Source of the DNA: the human T2T-CHM13v2.0 reference genome, Homo sapiens
Direction: 5' to 3' (one strand)
Length of the DNA stretch: 64,000 bases
Assembly: GCF_009914755.1 (NCBI RefSeq)
Contig: NC_060933.1
Numbering within the stretch: the first letter of the stretch is position 1; each line of letters begins with the position of its first letter. Both the position numbers and the translations under genes were made by a program. Below are positions 1 through 25,131 of the stretch, piece by piece. The notes beneath the pieces are model-generated. The model did no database searches. It was not told the DNA's origin and was given only the letters and a program-made list of their open reading frames with translations.

Positions 1-1815
<1,815 letters not shown>

Positions 1816-2073
1816 TAGACAAGATATACCATTATTTGAGTTGAGAGGTGCCTGTGGGGGCACAGCATCAGGTACTCAGCCCTGGCTAGGTGTGTTCAAG
1901 GAGGGCTGCCTGGAGGAGGTACTAGCCAAACTCTCCCGTGTAGGATGAATTAGCTTGATAAAGTGGTTGGTGGTGGGGAGGTGTTCATGCAGAGGGAACA
2001 GCATGTGCTAGAGCTGGTGGTGAGAGATTGCTGTGGGGGACGTTTCCTGGCTGCCTCTCTGGCCTTTATCCCT

Positions 2074-2380
<307 letters not shown>

Positions 2381-2419
2381 CCTTTCTTCCCTATTCTCGA
2401 CTGGACCTCACATTCTTCA

Positions 2420-2895
2420 GGCTTGTGGTTTAGGTGGGACTGACCCCCACTCCTAGCTCTAAGCTTGGGCCTTGATTGGCTGAAGCTTATCAACACACCC
2501 CTTTTCTTCCCTCCTTGCCCCTTGTGTTGATTGGTTCAAGAACAGACAAACGGCCCCCTTCAGGCCCATCTGGGCCAATGAGACCCAGTTCCTAAGACTT
2601 GATTGGCAGGGTCAGGGGTCGGGAAGAAGTGGGTCTTTTTCAGCAAGATATGAACACCGAATAGAAGCCCTAAGCTGCTGCCTTCAGCCAAGTGGAGTGC
2701 CTTCCTGGGAACGGCTCCACTACGAAGGAAGCAGAGCCAGACATGCAGAGAGGAAAACCAGATTCTCTTATAGCCTGTGAGCCCTGGATCAAGCCTTGCC
2801 TGAAGGCATTGTTGCTGGACTCAAGTTTCATGAGTCAAAAAGTTCCCTTTTTGCTTTATCCAGTTTGGGTCAGGTTTTCTGTTGCTGTAAAGTGC
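2420..2895 (+). mobile_element. Ancient MaLR LTR (MLT1J/K-like)
   Basis: gagccctggatcaagccttgcctgaagg...ttccctttttgctttatccagtttgggtcaggttttctgt resembles the MLT1J/K 3' end. Confidence 0.6.
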
Positions 2896-2908
2896 TTTTG
2901 CAGATAAT

Positions 2909-3786
<878 letters not shown>

Positions 3787-4120
3787 GAAGGAGCACACGA
3801 GGCGTCGGGGAGCCTGAGGGTCTTCACAGTCTCCCTGGAGCATCTGGGGGGGCTCCCCAGATAATGTTGGGGCAGAATTCTGAAAGAGGAGAAGGGGGTA
3901 ATTAGGGAAGGAAGGGCAGGGCTGTCACAGGGAGGACTGAGACAAAGTGTCCCTCCTGAGAATCTGCGGAGGAATTCATTCATCACAGTGGCAGCCTAAG
4001 AGTGCCCTGTAGGCAGGCAGGCAGGCAGGGAGCCAGGTGGGACGCATTAGCGAGGGCCCCAACCCCAAGCCAACACTGAGAGAGTAAGAGGGGGCTGAGT
4101 TGGCACTGCCCCTAGATTAG

Positions 4121-4432
<312 letters not shown>

Positions 4433-5188
4433 CACCTCCCACCTTATTCTAAAGTGAGGTCCAAGGGGATCACCCAGGAGCCCTGGCTGGGGAGTCTGGG
4501 TGTGCTGTCTCCTGGACCAAGCCCTTTCCAGATACCACTCTGGGTTTTGGCTGGAAGCAAACCTTCCAGGCCTGAGCCCGGGATAAGGCTGATTTTGTTG
4601 TTTTTGAGAAAAAGCTCCTTTGCTTCATCTAGAGTTCCCATTCTAGAGGGCTCCTTTGCCCTCCCTGCTTTTCGGTGAGTTTGCCTCTTTCTCCTGCCTT
4701 TTTACTGTCCAGGCCTCAGAAAATCCATCAGCGGGTGGCTGCATTGATTTTTAATCACGTTTTACCTCTGTGGAATGAGTCTCTCTGGACCCTTTGGAAC
4801 TGCTCTGAGCATCGGGGATCCAGAGTGTCTTGCACTGGGCGATTCAGACAGAATTATGAACAACGCTGCATTACTCTTCTGGAGGGGCCTGCTGGGAGCC
4901 TTGTCCACACGGCAAAGCAGGGGAGTGTCTAGGGCCACTCAGGAGGCAAAGGGCCTAACTGTTGCAGGGCCTTCCAGGCTAAGGGCTGAACCTCACCCTC
5001 CGACCTGTAGACCATCAGAGACAGCTGGTAACCACTGGCGCGTAAGTCACCCCCAAGCCACCAGCCCATTTGGAAGATACTTAAACCTACATATTCCCTT
5101 CTCTCTAGTCTATTTTCATTCTGTCCCTCAGCCCTCTGAAGGGCACCCAGTGGCTGGCAAGACCCTGTCACCAGCTTGGTATTGAGAG

Positions 5189-6323
<1,135 letters not shown>

Positions 6324-6776
6324 GCATATTTCCTTCCAGTGGAGCAGGGCTGAGGACCACGAGGAGCGGGAGAAGCTGGGTGGTCAAGAGCTAGAGAGAG
6401 GCCAGTCTCCATGGACTGCCCCCCATTTTTGCCTCTTCTTCCACTTCCTGTCCCCGACCTGGAACCCAGCTCTGGGCAAAGGCAACTGGGTATTGCTGTT
6501 GTTGCTGGACAGGAATGGGGGCTGAGGAGCTGCTCCACTCCCCCGTCTCCATATTTCACCTGTTGGGAGAATAGGAGGAGGGGCTGGGTCACTAGGTTGG
6601 GTGCATTTCAGAGCCCAGGGAGCAGATACCATTGTTTTGCAAATGAAGCCCAGGGAGGTAGGGGGCTGTCCCAGACCTCCTGCCTTGCTGCAAGTCCTAG
6701 AGAGTGTTCCAGAACTTCACCTAGGCCTCTAAACTCTCAGCCCTGTGCCCTCACCTGGGGCTTTTCGTACATCCTA

Positions 6777-7652
<876 letters not shown>

Positions 7653-8151
7653 CCTAATTTGAAACATTCTTCCTCTCTGTTCCTTGGAATCCACACAAAG
7701 TCCTGTCTGACCACCTGTAGAGGGTCAGTCTTCAAAGGCCAGTCAAGAATCCTGGGTTGAACATGGAGCCCCAGGCAGGGCAGGCGGGAGCCAGGCACCA
7801 CCATCGGCACAGCAGCCAATGAATGAGGTCTCGAGGCAATTGAGAATGAAGGGCACCTGCAAATGACAGGTGTCCCCTGGTGGCTGGACCCCAGGAAGGG
7901 GCTGTCAGGCTCCATCTGTGGAACCTCAGGAGCCTTGCTGGTGGGGTCCCCTCAGGCCCTCCTAGGGCTGCTTGGAGGAAGAGGCTATGGGGGTGGAGGG
8001 CTGGTAAAGGTAGGCTGACTTACCCACACAGCAAGCGCTTGGTAGCCCCAAACACCAGGACCCCTCTGCCTTCTGCCAACCCCAGCAAGGTGCCCACAAA
8101 ACTGGGCAAAGTAACATGGTGGGTCACAGCAGAGCACACATCTCTTTGTAG

Positions 8152-9165
<1,014 letters not shown>

Positions 9166-10140
9166 TGAGAGCGATTGTCTAAGTCTGCACCAGAGGTTAG
9201 TGGGCTTGGAGCCCAGATAGTCGCCTGGGATTATTGGATTCCACGTGTGGCTGACCTTAAGGATGGACTTCATGTCATTGCCAAAGGGCAGCTGGGGGTG
9301 GGGGACCGAAGAGGCCACGTCCACCCATTCAGCATTGTTGTTGTGGCTTCACTTTCAGTTGGGCATGGGGCAGGCAGCAGTGACAAGACACACACAGCCC
9401 TGCCCTCATGGGGTGGGGCTCCTGGATTGGCCCACATATAACTCATGTATGGGGGCTGAGACCCTGGGAGAACTGGGCCAGGACCTATCCCTTGGATCTG
9501 TCTGGGGGAGTCCATGTCTCAGACCCGGCTTGGGAAACCAGCAGGTGTCACCCTAACGGGCAGTGCTGGGACAGGCCAGATGGTGGGCAGCTCCCTGGCA
9601 CCAGAGTGCGGAAGGGCTCCAGGGCCTGGCTCCTCCTCCCAGCTCATGGTCTGAGCGTCTCTGAGCTTGACCCTGGGAGAGCCCGCTGCTTGGAGGCTCA
9701 ACTAGGAACCTGGTCAAAGCATCCACCCCACACCGGGAGGAGCAAGCCCCAGTTCACCTTCTCCCATCTGTAAGATGAGCACATTGGACCTGGTGGTCTT
9801 TGAAGTGTACCTCCCAGCTTTGAAAGCTCTTGAATCCTATGATAGATGGTATTTGGGGTGACTGCCCAAAACCCCCTTTCCTGAGGGTAGACCTCTGGAG
9901 CCATAACGACATGATCCCACCCTCATTGGCCACAGCTGATTGGACTGTGCCAAACAACTGGCTCATGTGGGCCATTCAGATCCTCCCTCCCAGATTCGGG
10001 CACTGTGACTCAGCCATCAGTCTGGTGGGCACGTGAGCTGGGGGGAAGGCGAGATCCAGGCGGGGGCAGAGGCTCAGGGAAAGCTGTCTACAGAGACAGA
10101 AACTGCCCTGATAGCTGGGGTCCCGGGACTTTTCCTTTAG

Positions 10141-10651
<511 letters not shown>

Positions 10652-11312
10652 TGAGCAAACGGCTACACAGAGGGAGGAGAATGGCCAGGGCCAATGGCTG
10701 TGTCCTGAACTGACAGTCTGGAGACCCCGTGCCCTTGTTCCTGCTGTGTCGACCCCAGATCCTGCAGATTCCCAGGCCCTGCCCTTCCTCCTCTCCTGAG
10801 CGCTTCCACACGCATGTTGCCAATTCTGCTGCCACCTTTGGTCTCTGTTGCAGGCCACCCTAGAGCCTGGGTGGTTGGAGAGAGGAACCAGCTCCCTCCC
10901 AGTGGCTGTCCTCACTGTGGGTGCCCTGGCTGGCTCTCCTGCCCTTCTACTAAGTTCTCCTTTTTGCTTCATTGGCTTGGGAGCTTCTAGCCTTGCAAAC
11001 AAAGATTCCCTGGCCTTCCCTCAGACACACGAAAACCGTGAGTGAGAAAATGACAGGCGCTGGGGAACACAGCCGGTTCCCCTGGCCCCCGGGAGAGTCT
11101 GTACAGCTCAGCCCACCACTGCCCCATGCTGGGATACCAGGAGGCCTCACCGAAGCCTCGATACTCACTGGGGAAGGTGAAGTTCATAGAGGGCATGTCT
11201 TCCCCAGGAAGCAAGAGGCTGCGAGGACCAGAACACACTGCCTGATGGCTCCCTGGAAAGAGAGCAAAGAGGTCCCTTCTCACACGCAGGGCACCTAAGA
11301 AAACTGAGGAGG

Positions 11313-11880
11313 GGCCGGACATGGTGGCTCACGCCTGTAATCCCAACACGTTGGGAGGCTGAGGTGGGCAAATCACCTGAGGTCAGGAGTTCAAGACCAG
11401 CCTGGCCAACACGGCAAAACCCTGTCTCTACTAAAAATACAAAAATTAGCCGGGCATGGTGGTGCACCTCTGTAATCCCAGCTACTCCAGACGGGCCATG
11501 CCGGGAGCGGAGGGCCGAGGGCTGTGGTCAGCCCGCTCCAGCAGGAGGACATGAGCCAGGCCTGTCCAGAGGGCTTCTGCATCCTCTTCTGGAATAAGGA
11601 CCAGGGAGGTACCTGTTTCATGCCCAGGAGGTCACGATAGCGCCTATCAGCGTTAAATGCCATCTGGTCCTCGCAAGGAGCCCCGTCCCCTGGTTCACTG
11701 GCTTGGGGGTGCCCCCAGGTCAGGGTTTCCCCAGTGTGGGGTGGACACCCCCAGTGACCTAGGAGACAGTGATGTCAGGGATCACACAACCTCGTACCAC
11801 ACAAGTTTGTGCCACTGTACTCCAGCCTGGTGACAGAACAAGACACTGTCTAAAAAAAAAAAAAAAAGAAAAAAAAGAAA
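11313..11880 (+). mobile_element. Alu with internal non-Alu replacement (11488-11806)
   Basis: A 16-bp TSD aagaaaactgaggagg at 11297-11312 and 11875-11890 brackets both Alu halves. Confidence 0.88.
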
Positions 11881-12254
11881 ACTGAGGAGGGAGGCCTTTG
11901 TCCCTCTCCAGATGGACTTTGCATCTGTCTCTCAACAAGCAGGCTGCATGTTTATTCACAAATGCACTCGGCTCGGCAGCTCCATGTAATGACTGCTTCT
12001 CCCATGCAGGAGAGGCCAGCTTCAAGGTCCACAGCAGGCACCCGGGGCACCTCCATCCCCACTTACCACGGAGGAAACCGAGGCTCAGGGGCCACACGCC
12101 CAGCCCCGGCCCCACAGCCAGGACTAGCACTCAGACTGCTGGTGTGGGGGCCTTTCCACAGGAAGTTTGGTGACATGGTTTCTTTTTTTTTCTTTGTCAA
12201 TAATAAGTATTATAAGAATATTGCTAAAACAAATATATTATTGTTTGTCAGTAT

Positions 12255-12450
12255 TAATAGCCAGGTTTTACTAAATAGTGCTAAGCATTCTACACACATC
12301 ACTTAACTCTCATAACAACCCTTGTGGGGGTGGGTGGTATTTTTATTATCCCTACTTTCCAGATGAGAAAACAGAGGCTTAAGGAGTTTAAGCGACTTAC
12401 CTAAGGCCACACAACAAATAAGTGCAGTCCGGCTCCAGGGCCCGTGCTAA
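12255..12450 (-). mobile_element. MIR
   Basis: Core ttccagatgagaaaacagaggcttaaggagtttaagcgacttacctaaggccacaca. Confidence 0.8.
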
Positions 12451-13031
12451 CTAACCAGTGTTCCACTCTGTTTTTCTCTCGCACAACAAAAAAACAAGGA
12501 CTGGCCAGGGGGCCCAGTAAGGCTGTGACCACCATGGCGGACAGCTCTGATGTGTGGGGATGCCCATCTCCTGGTCCTGTCTGAACACAGACTTGCAAAT
12601 TGCCATTTGCCCTGAGTGGGGAATGATGTACTCCAGGTGAAGTCAGCCTGCCACCTGGCAGGCGAGGTGGGTGGGAGACACTATAGAATTCTTCCTAAGG
12701 GAGCACAGAGACACCTGTGCCCCAGCTGACTACTCCTCCCCAGTGACTATGATTGACAGCATAAGGGATCGAGCCACTCCCTCCAGCTGATTCTGCCTTG
12801 CCTCCCATTCCTCCCGACATAATGGTCCAGCAGCCACTACCCATGGGCTGGAGTTGGCAGCCTGCTGAAGAGGATGGTGGGGACAAGCGAGAACCAGCTC
12901 AGCGGGAGCCGGTGCGTGGTTACTGAGCTCCTGCTGTGGGCTGGCCACCTGCCGATGTGACATCAGAAGCTGAAGGAGCTGGTTGCTGGGTGGGCTCTCT
13001 CCACCACTGTCCATCCTGTGAATTTCAGCAC

Positions 13032-13378
13032 TGTATTAGTCTGTTCTCATGCTGCTGATAAAGACATACCCAAGACTGGGTAATTTATAAAGGAAAGAGG
13101 TATAATGGACTCACAGTTTCATGTGACTGGGGAGGCCTCACAATCACGGTAGACAGCAAAAGGCACATTTTACATGGTGTCAGGGAAGAGAGAATGAGCT
13201 GAGTGAAAAGGGAAACCCTTTATAAACACATCAGATCTTGTGAGACTTACTACCAGTATGAGGGGAACCACCTCCATGATTCAATTCTCTCCCACCAGGT
13301 CCCTCCCACAACACATGGGAATTATGGGAACTACAATTCAAGGTGAGATTTGGGTGGGGACACAGCCAAACCACATCA
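13032..13378 (-). mobile_element. THE1-family MaLR solo LTR
   Basis: tgtattagtctgttctcatgctgctgataaagacataccc...gagatttgggtggggacacagccaaaccacatca; TG..CA ends, ~347 bp. Confidence 0.9.
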
Positions 13379-13555
13379 GGTACATTCCACAGACCTACTC
13401 GGGAGGCTGAGTGCTTCACTCCCTTCACCTGAGCCTCCCGCTGGGGTTTAATGTCACTCCACTCACCTGTAGGAAATGCTCTCTTCACTCCCCAATATCT
13501 TCTCCCAGGGGAGCAGGGACTCATACAACAATGGGCTCCTCGTGGTTCTTCTTAT

Positions 13556-13880
13556 TTTTTTAGAGTTGGGATCTCTCTCTGTCACCTAGGCTGCAGTGCA
13601 GTGTGTGATCACGGCTCACAGCAGCCTCCTTGAACTCCCAAGTTCAAGCAATCCTCCTGCCTCGGCCTCCTGAATAGCTGGGACTACAGGCATGCCACCA
13701 AACCCTGCTAATTTTTAAAAACTATTGAGAGATGGGGTCTTGTGCTATGGCCCAGGCTGGAGGGCAGTGGTGCAATCATGGCTTATGATTCTTCAGCCTC
13801 AAACTTCTGGCCTCAAGCGATCCTCCTGACTCAGCCTCCTGAGTCACTGGGATGATAGGTGTGAGCCACTGAGCCTGGCT
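13556..13880 (-). mobile_element. Old Alu (AluJ-like, rearranged)
   Basis: Diverged antisense Alu motifs. Confidence 0.8.
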
Positions 13881-13904
13881 TTCCTCATGGTTATTTATTC
13901 CATA

Positions 13905-14160
13905 GGACATTGGTTCTTCAGTATGCTAAAAGGAGTTTTAAAAGAATGTCCTACCCAAGTAAGTGTGGAAAATACTTCATTAAATAACACAGATTTCTTT
14001 CCTGCAGGACTTCTCAGAGCATTTACTATGCTAATGTGCATTGTGACTGGTCAACAGGGTGCTTATAGTATGGGATGCTCCCTAAAAACATTTGACAAGG
14101 GAATTTGTTTCCACCCAGGACATGTATACCACAGAAACTGGTTTTTCTTCAGAAGATACT
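13905..14160. mobile_element. hAT-Charlie fossil (MER112-like)
   Basis: gcaggacttctcagagcatttactatgctaatgtgcattgtga motif. Confidence 0.55.
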
Positions 14161-14248
14161 GGATTATATACTTTTGACAATGTTTCTTTTAAATTTGAAG
14201 AACAAAATATGATCTAAAACTACTTAATTATTAATAAAATACAGTGTT

Positions 14249-15062
<814 letters not shown>

Positions 15063-15064
15063 AA

Positions 15065-16905
<1,841 letters not shown>

Positions 16906-17218
16906 CTAGGCGTTTGCTACCATAGGGGAGTAGACGTCTGTGAGGGTTTGGATGTCACGGTTTGGTTTGTTAGAGGAACAGAGATGAGGCAGGCAGGGCC
17001 TCATAAGCCTTGTAGAGGCTTTCCCCTGAGAGCAAAGAGAAGCTTCGCTGGGGGGATGGATGCGGAAGATTAGCAATAGAAAGTCTTACTCTGGCTGTGG
17101 TATGGGGATTTGAGAAGGAGCAAGAAAGATGCTGCAGAAATTGCTTCGATGGCTTGGAGAGAGAGGGTGGTGGCGGGATTCCACTGATTGTGGTGGAGGT
17201 GCAGAAAACTGTCCAGCC

Positions 17219-17667
<449 letters not shown>

Positions 17668-18086
17668 TAAGAATTGAAACCAACGGACAAGGTGTGGTTG
17701 ATTGCATACAGAGGATGGGATTCTGCAGAGCAGGAAGGGCCAGGAATGTTTCAGACTCTGGCTGGAGCCTTTGGTTGTCAGCGGACCATTTGTAAAGGAA
17801 CAAGGATTCTTTTTGTGGGGAGTGGACCGCGGTGAGTTATGTTTAGGGCCTGTTGAGTTCGAGATGCTTACGTGACATGAGAATGGATACTCCCGGTAAT
17901 GCACCTACCTACAGGTCCACAGACTAAGCCCTTGGAAGGGGGATAGGCCAGGGCTGTTCATCTGGCAGAGGAGGAAACCGGGGCTCAAGGATGCAGCAAC
18001 TGAGCGGAGCATTTGATCCAGAGTTTGCCCAACCTGTGTTTAATATTTTCCCCATGGACTTCCTGGAAGAGCAACCGAGCAAGCTT

Positions 18087-18188
18087 CCCTAACCCTAACC
18101 CTAACCCTAAACCCAAGCCAAAACCTAACCCTAAGCCTAAGCCAAACCTTAACCCTAAACCTAACCCTAACCCTCACCCTCACCCTCA
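18087..18188 (+). repeat. Interstitial telomere-like (CCCTAA)n array, 17 hexamers
   Basis: 7 exact CCCTAA, 3 CCCTCA and 7 other variant units, all in unbroken 6-nt register. Confidence 0.9.
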
Positions 18189-18441
18189 GAAGAGTGAGCT
18201 TATGAAACCGTAGCAGGGACCCTTTTTGCTGAAAGGCAAGGGGGAGGGCTAGAGGCTGGGTTAAAATGCAGATTGCCAAGCTATGCTCCAACCTCAGTGA
18301 CATTCATCGTGTGTGGAGTGGAAGCTGGGGATCTGGGTCATGGACAGGCCCCCTGGGGGAGTCTTGGTGATTCTAGAAGGCCTCTACTTTGGGGTATTTG
18401 TGGATGAGTGAAAAAAATTGACAAAATACTTTTCTTATTCA

Positions 18442-20482
<2,041 letters not shown>

Positions 20483-21188
20483 GGGTTGCACGTTTTTTTC
20501 ACTTAAACATCAAAATCCTGTAGTGGAAAGACCTGGAACCTCTGCTTCTTGGATTGTGACCAGGGCATCAGAGAGCAGATCTGAGTCCTTCATGTGGTGG
20601 CTCAGGCTCAGCATTTTAAGCTGATGTGGGCAGGGACCTTTTCAGCTAAAAACCAGGTCAGGAAGAGGGATGGCTGGTCCCAAGGCCCAGCACTTTCCCA
20701 CATGCCGTCCCCACATCACGGGGGTCCAAAACACTCCCCCCACCCTTCCCCAAGCAGTTCCCATGCTTCTCCCTCCTTCCTAAAACACATTCTTCCCTGG
20801 CTTCCAGCACTGCCTCCTGGTGGTCTTCCTACCTCCCCGTCAGCACCCCTGCTGTCTCCCTGGCCTGACCTTCTCAGCCTACACTCCCTCCCTCGGTGAC
20901 CTCATCCTGTCTCAAGACTTTAAAGGGCATGTCTGCCAGGATGGCTCCCAGTGCATACCTGCAGCCTGGACCTGTCCCTGAACTCCAGACGCCTGTGCCA
21001 CCTGCTTTCTCCCGTCACCACTTGGACATCTGGTAAGCATTTCACACCTCACCTGTCTGCAGTAAGATTCCAGCTCTTCCTGTCCAAACCTGTCCACTCC
21101 CCATCTTAGCAAATAGAAACCCCACTCTTCCATAAGCTCAGCTCAGAAAGCCCGGCCTTGTCCTTGAGTCCCCTCTCTCCGTCTCATA

Positions 21189-21268
21189 CCTTCCAGCCCC
21201 CAAATGTCTCTCCTGCCTTCCAGCCCCCAAATGTCTCTCCTGCCTTCCAGCCCCAAATGTCTCTCCTG
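21189..21268 (+). repeat. Tandem triplication of a 27-bp unit ccttccagcccccaaatgtctctcctg
   Basis: Units at 21189-21215, 21216-21242 and 21243-21268 (the last lacks one C). Confidence 0.95.
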
Positions 21269-21490
21269 CCTCTAAGCATACTCCATCCACTCCTGCTTTC
21301 CCCTGAAGCCCCTGCCCAGGCTGACCCCCGGGCCCCAGGAAGTCTTCAGATGGGGATGGACTTGCTGGCCTGGAGGAGCTCATTCTGCAGAGGAGGTAGG
21401 ATGGGCCTCAGCTGGAGGGATCTGGTGTAGACTTGGGAGCAGAATGTCTCCCAACCTTGAAGACCAACTCAGAGGAGACAGCAGTGAGGG
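21241..21490 (+). repeat. Inverted duplication, copy 1
   Basis: Reverse complement of 23589-23830. Manual alignment gives ~9 substitutions and 5 small indels. Confidence 0.95.
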
Positions 21491-21870
21491 AATCCTGCTC
21501 TCACTACCCTCAAAATGTCACCGAGTCTAGCCAGTTCTGTGTCCTCCAAGGCCACACTACACGTGGCCACCACCACCTCCTGGCTGATGATACAGTGACC
21601 TCTGGCAGGTCCCCATTCTTACCCATCTGTGCCTGGAGTCAGTTCTCCCTGCAGCAGCAGCTGAAGGGGCCGGCTAAGCACATCAGATCCCTTGAGTCGG
21701 GAGTCTGACCTTGCCTCCCCACTCTGCACCTCGCCCTTTAAAGCCCACCTTACTGTACCCCTGCAAGGCCACACACAAGGCTGTACGTGGGCCAGCTGGG
21801 CTCCACCTGGGCTCTGCCACGGGGCCTGGGCGATGCTCCCCCTCTGCTCTCAGTGAGGCTCCTTCTCTAG

Positions 21871-22284
<414 letters not shown>

Positions 22285-22720
22285 TGATCCGCCCGCCTTG
22301 GCCTCCCAAAGTGCTGGGATTACAGGCATGAGCCACTGCGCCCCCGTGTTTCTGGTTTCTATGCTGCACTTATGCATGTTGTTTATTGTTTATAGCACTC
22401 TCCCCTCACGAAAGTGTAAGGTCCCTGATGGCAGGGATCTGGTCTATGTCCCCAGGGCACATAGTAGGTGCTTAGTAAACATGTCCCGAATGATGGGATG
22501 AATCTGTGAAGTCCCTGAGTTCCTTGGCAGGTGTTCCCATGTATGTTCCCCCACCCTCTCCATTCCTTGCATGGTGTTTGTTGCCAGTGTGATTTTGTGA
22601 TCGCTGTGCAGCAGGTCGGGTCAGATCCGTGAGCTCCCATGTTGGTCTCAGTGCCCAGCACGGCACCTGGCACAGGGGCAGTGAGCAAGAAATACTCACA
22701 GGATGAGTACCTGGGTTTCT

Positions 22721-23452
<732 letters not shown>

Positions 23453-23588
23453 GAGCACCTGGGTTTCTAAAGGGCTTTAACTACTACTGCTGTCATCCAG
23501 CCAGGCCCTGGTTCCCGTGCTGGCTCTCCCTCCTCCCAGGCAGGATGCTCAGCACAGTCTGGTCAACTGTTAGCCCCCCACTGTGGGC

Positions 23589-23830
23589 CCCTCACTGCTG
23601 TCCACTCTGAGTTGGTCCTCAAGGTTGGGACATTCTGCTCCCAGGTCTACACCAGATCCCTCCAACTGGGCCCACCTCCTCTGCAGAATGAGCTCCCCAA
23701 GCCAGCAAGTCCATCCCCATCTGAAGACTTCCTGGGGCCTGGGGCTCAGCCTGGGCAGGGGCTTCAGGGGAAAGCAGGAGTGGATGGAGTATGCTTAGAG
23801 GCAGGAGAGATATTTGGGAGCTGGAAGGCA
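23589..23830 (-). repeat. Inverted duplication, copy 2 (probable donor)
   Basis: Reverse complement of 21241-21490. Confidence 0.95.
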
Positions 23831-25131
23831 CTCGGCCCTGCTCAGGGTTCCTCTGAGCTTTCTGGACCCTCCGAGGTTAGAACACTGTGGAAAGAAGGGA
23901 GAAAGAGACCCCACTCCTGCCTCATCCCTGCTAGCCCCGGGGAGGGCTGCCTCATCCTCCCCGCTCTCTCCCCTACCCCAGGGCCCCAGCACCGGGTGTC
24001 ATTCTTTCCTCCGTCCTTCGCTCATTCACAGAGATTTGCTGGGTAACACCTCAGGCGGCCTTCTGGGTTATGGAGATGCCTCTGCCCTCTGGGAGGGTGT
24101 TCTCCCATGGAAGAGACAAACAGGATGCAGAAAACATAGGTGACGTTTGTGATGGATGTGAAGGAGAGAAACTAAAGCCGAAAAGGATAGGAGAGTTCTC
24201 AAGATATGATGATATGTTGGATGAGGTGGACCGGGAAGGCCATGCTGGACCTACCACCTGAACCACACCCCCCTACGCGAATCCACTGGCCTCTGTCCAT
24301 TCAGGTGGAGCCTGTCACCCCAGCCTCGGCTCAGAGAAACAGCTCTGAGCAGCTCTGACCTGTCACTCCAGCAGCTCTGACCCATCACTCTCTGCTGAAG
24401 TCCTTTCATGGGCGCTGGTGGGCAGGGGCCCAGCTCCTCGGCGAGGGGCCTCTCCTGGCCTGCCCCGTGGGCCCTGCCCTTCTCCCAGGTCCCCTGTGCC
24501 TGCAGCCGTGCGCAAGCCCGCAAGCCGGGGAACTCTCCCTCGGGCATGCAGGCCTCCCCGCCTCTCCAGGTTGCCTGGGCCAGAACGCTTCTCCATCCAC
24601 CTCCCTTCCTGACCCTGGGTTTGGAGGTCTCCTGCCCCCAGGCCGAGAGTAGGTGCTCCCACCGCTACCTGCCGCATCCCGCACAGCCCCCTGCCCGCCC
24701 TGCGAGGGCTGGGGCACTCCTGTCCCGTGGGCCGCCGTGTCCCCGGCACCCCATGAATCCGTGTCGAATGAATGAATGTCTCCGGGCCGGGACCTGGCCT
24801 CATTCACATCCGATCTTCCGGGCCCTCCCCGCCGCGGCGGGGGCCGGAGCGCCAGGGCTGGATTCGGGGAGGGGGTGGCGGGGGTGGCTGCCCCGCCCTG
24901 GGGCCGCGTTGAGCCGAGGGGACGCCCCTCCGGCTGGCTGGCGAGGCCGGGGTCCAGCTGGCGGAGGCCGCGGCCAGGCGGGTGCGGGGCGGGAGGTGGC
25001 GCCGGGCGCTGAGTGGCGGCTCCGGGTCCACCCCTGGCGCGCGGGTGCGGGCGGGAGGGGGGAGGCGGGAGGCGGGGAGCGCAGGGGCGGCGGCAGGCGG
25101 GAGGCAGCAGCGAGCATGTGCCGCGGAGCCC

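Noticed and set aside
4444-4641. Minus-strand ORF beginning MGTLDEAK, echoing NCS-1 'RGTLDEK'
   Set aside because: Only five residues match, on the wrong strand and upstream of the gene, with no EF-hand context; chance.
18013-18303. ORFs with PNPNPKPKP / RVRVRV repeats
   Set aside because: These are translations of the telomere-like hexamer array.
24070-24261. 63-aa ORF with protein-like composition
   Set aside because: It lies in purine-rich sequence resembling a decayed antisense L2 fragment, with no recognisable domain or splice structure.
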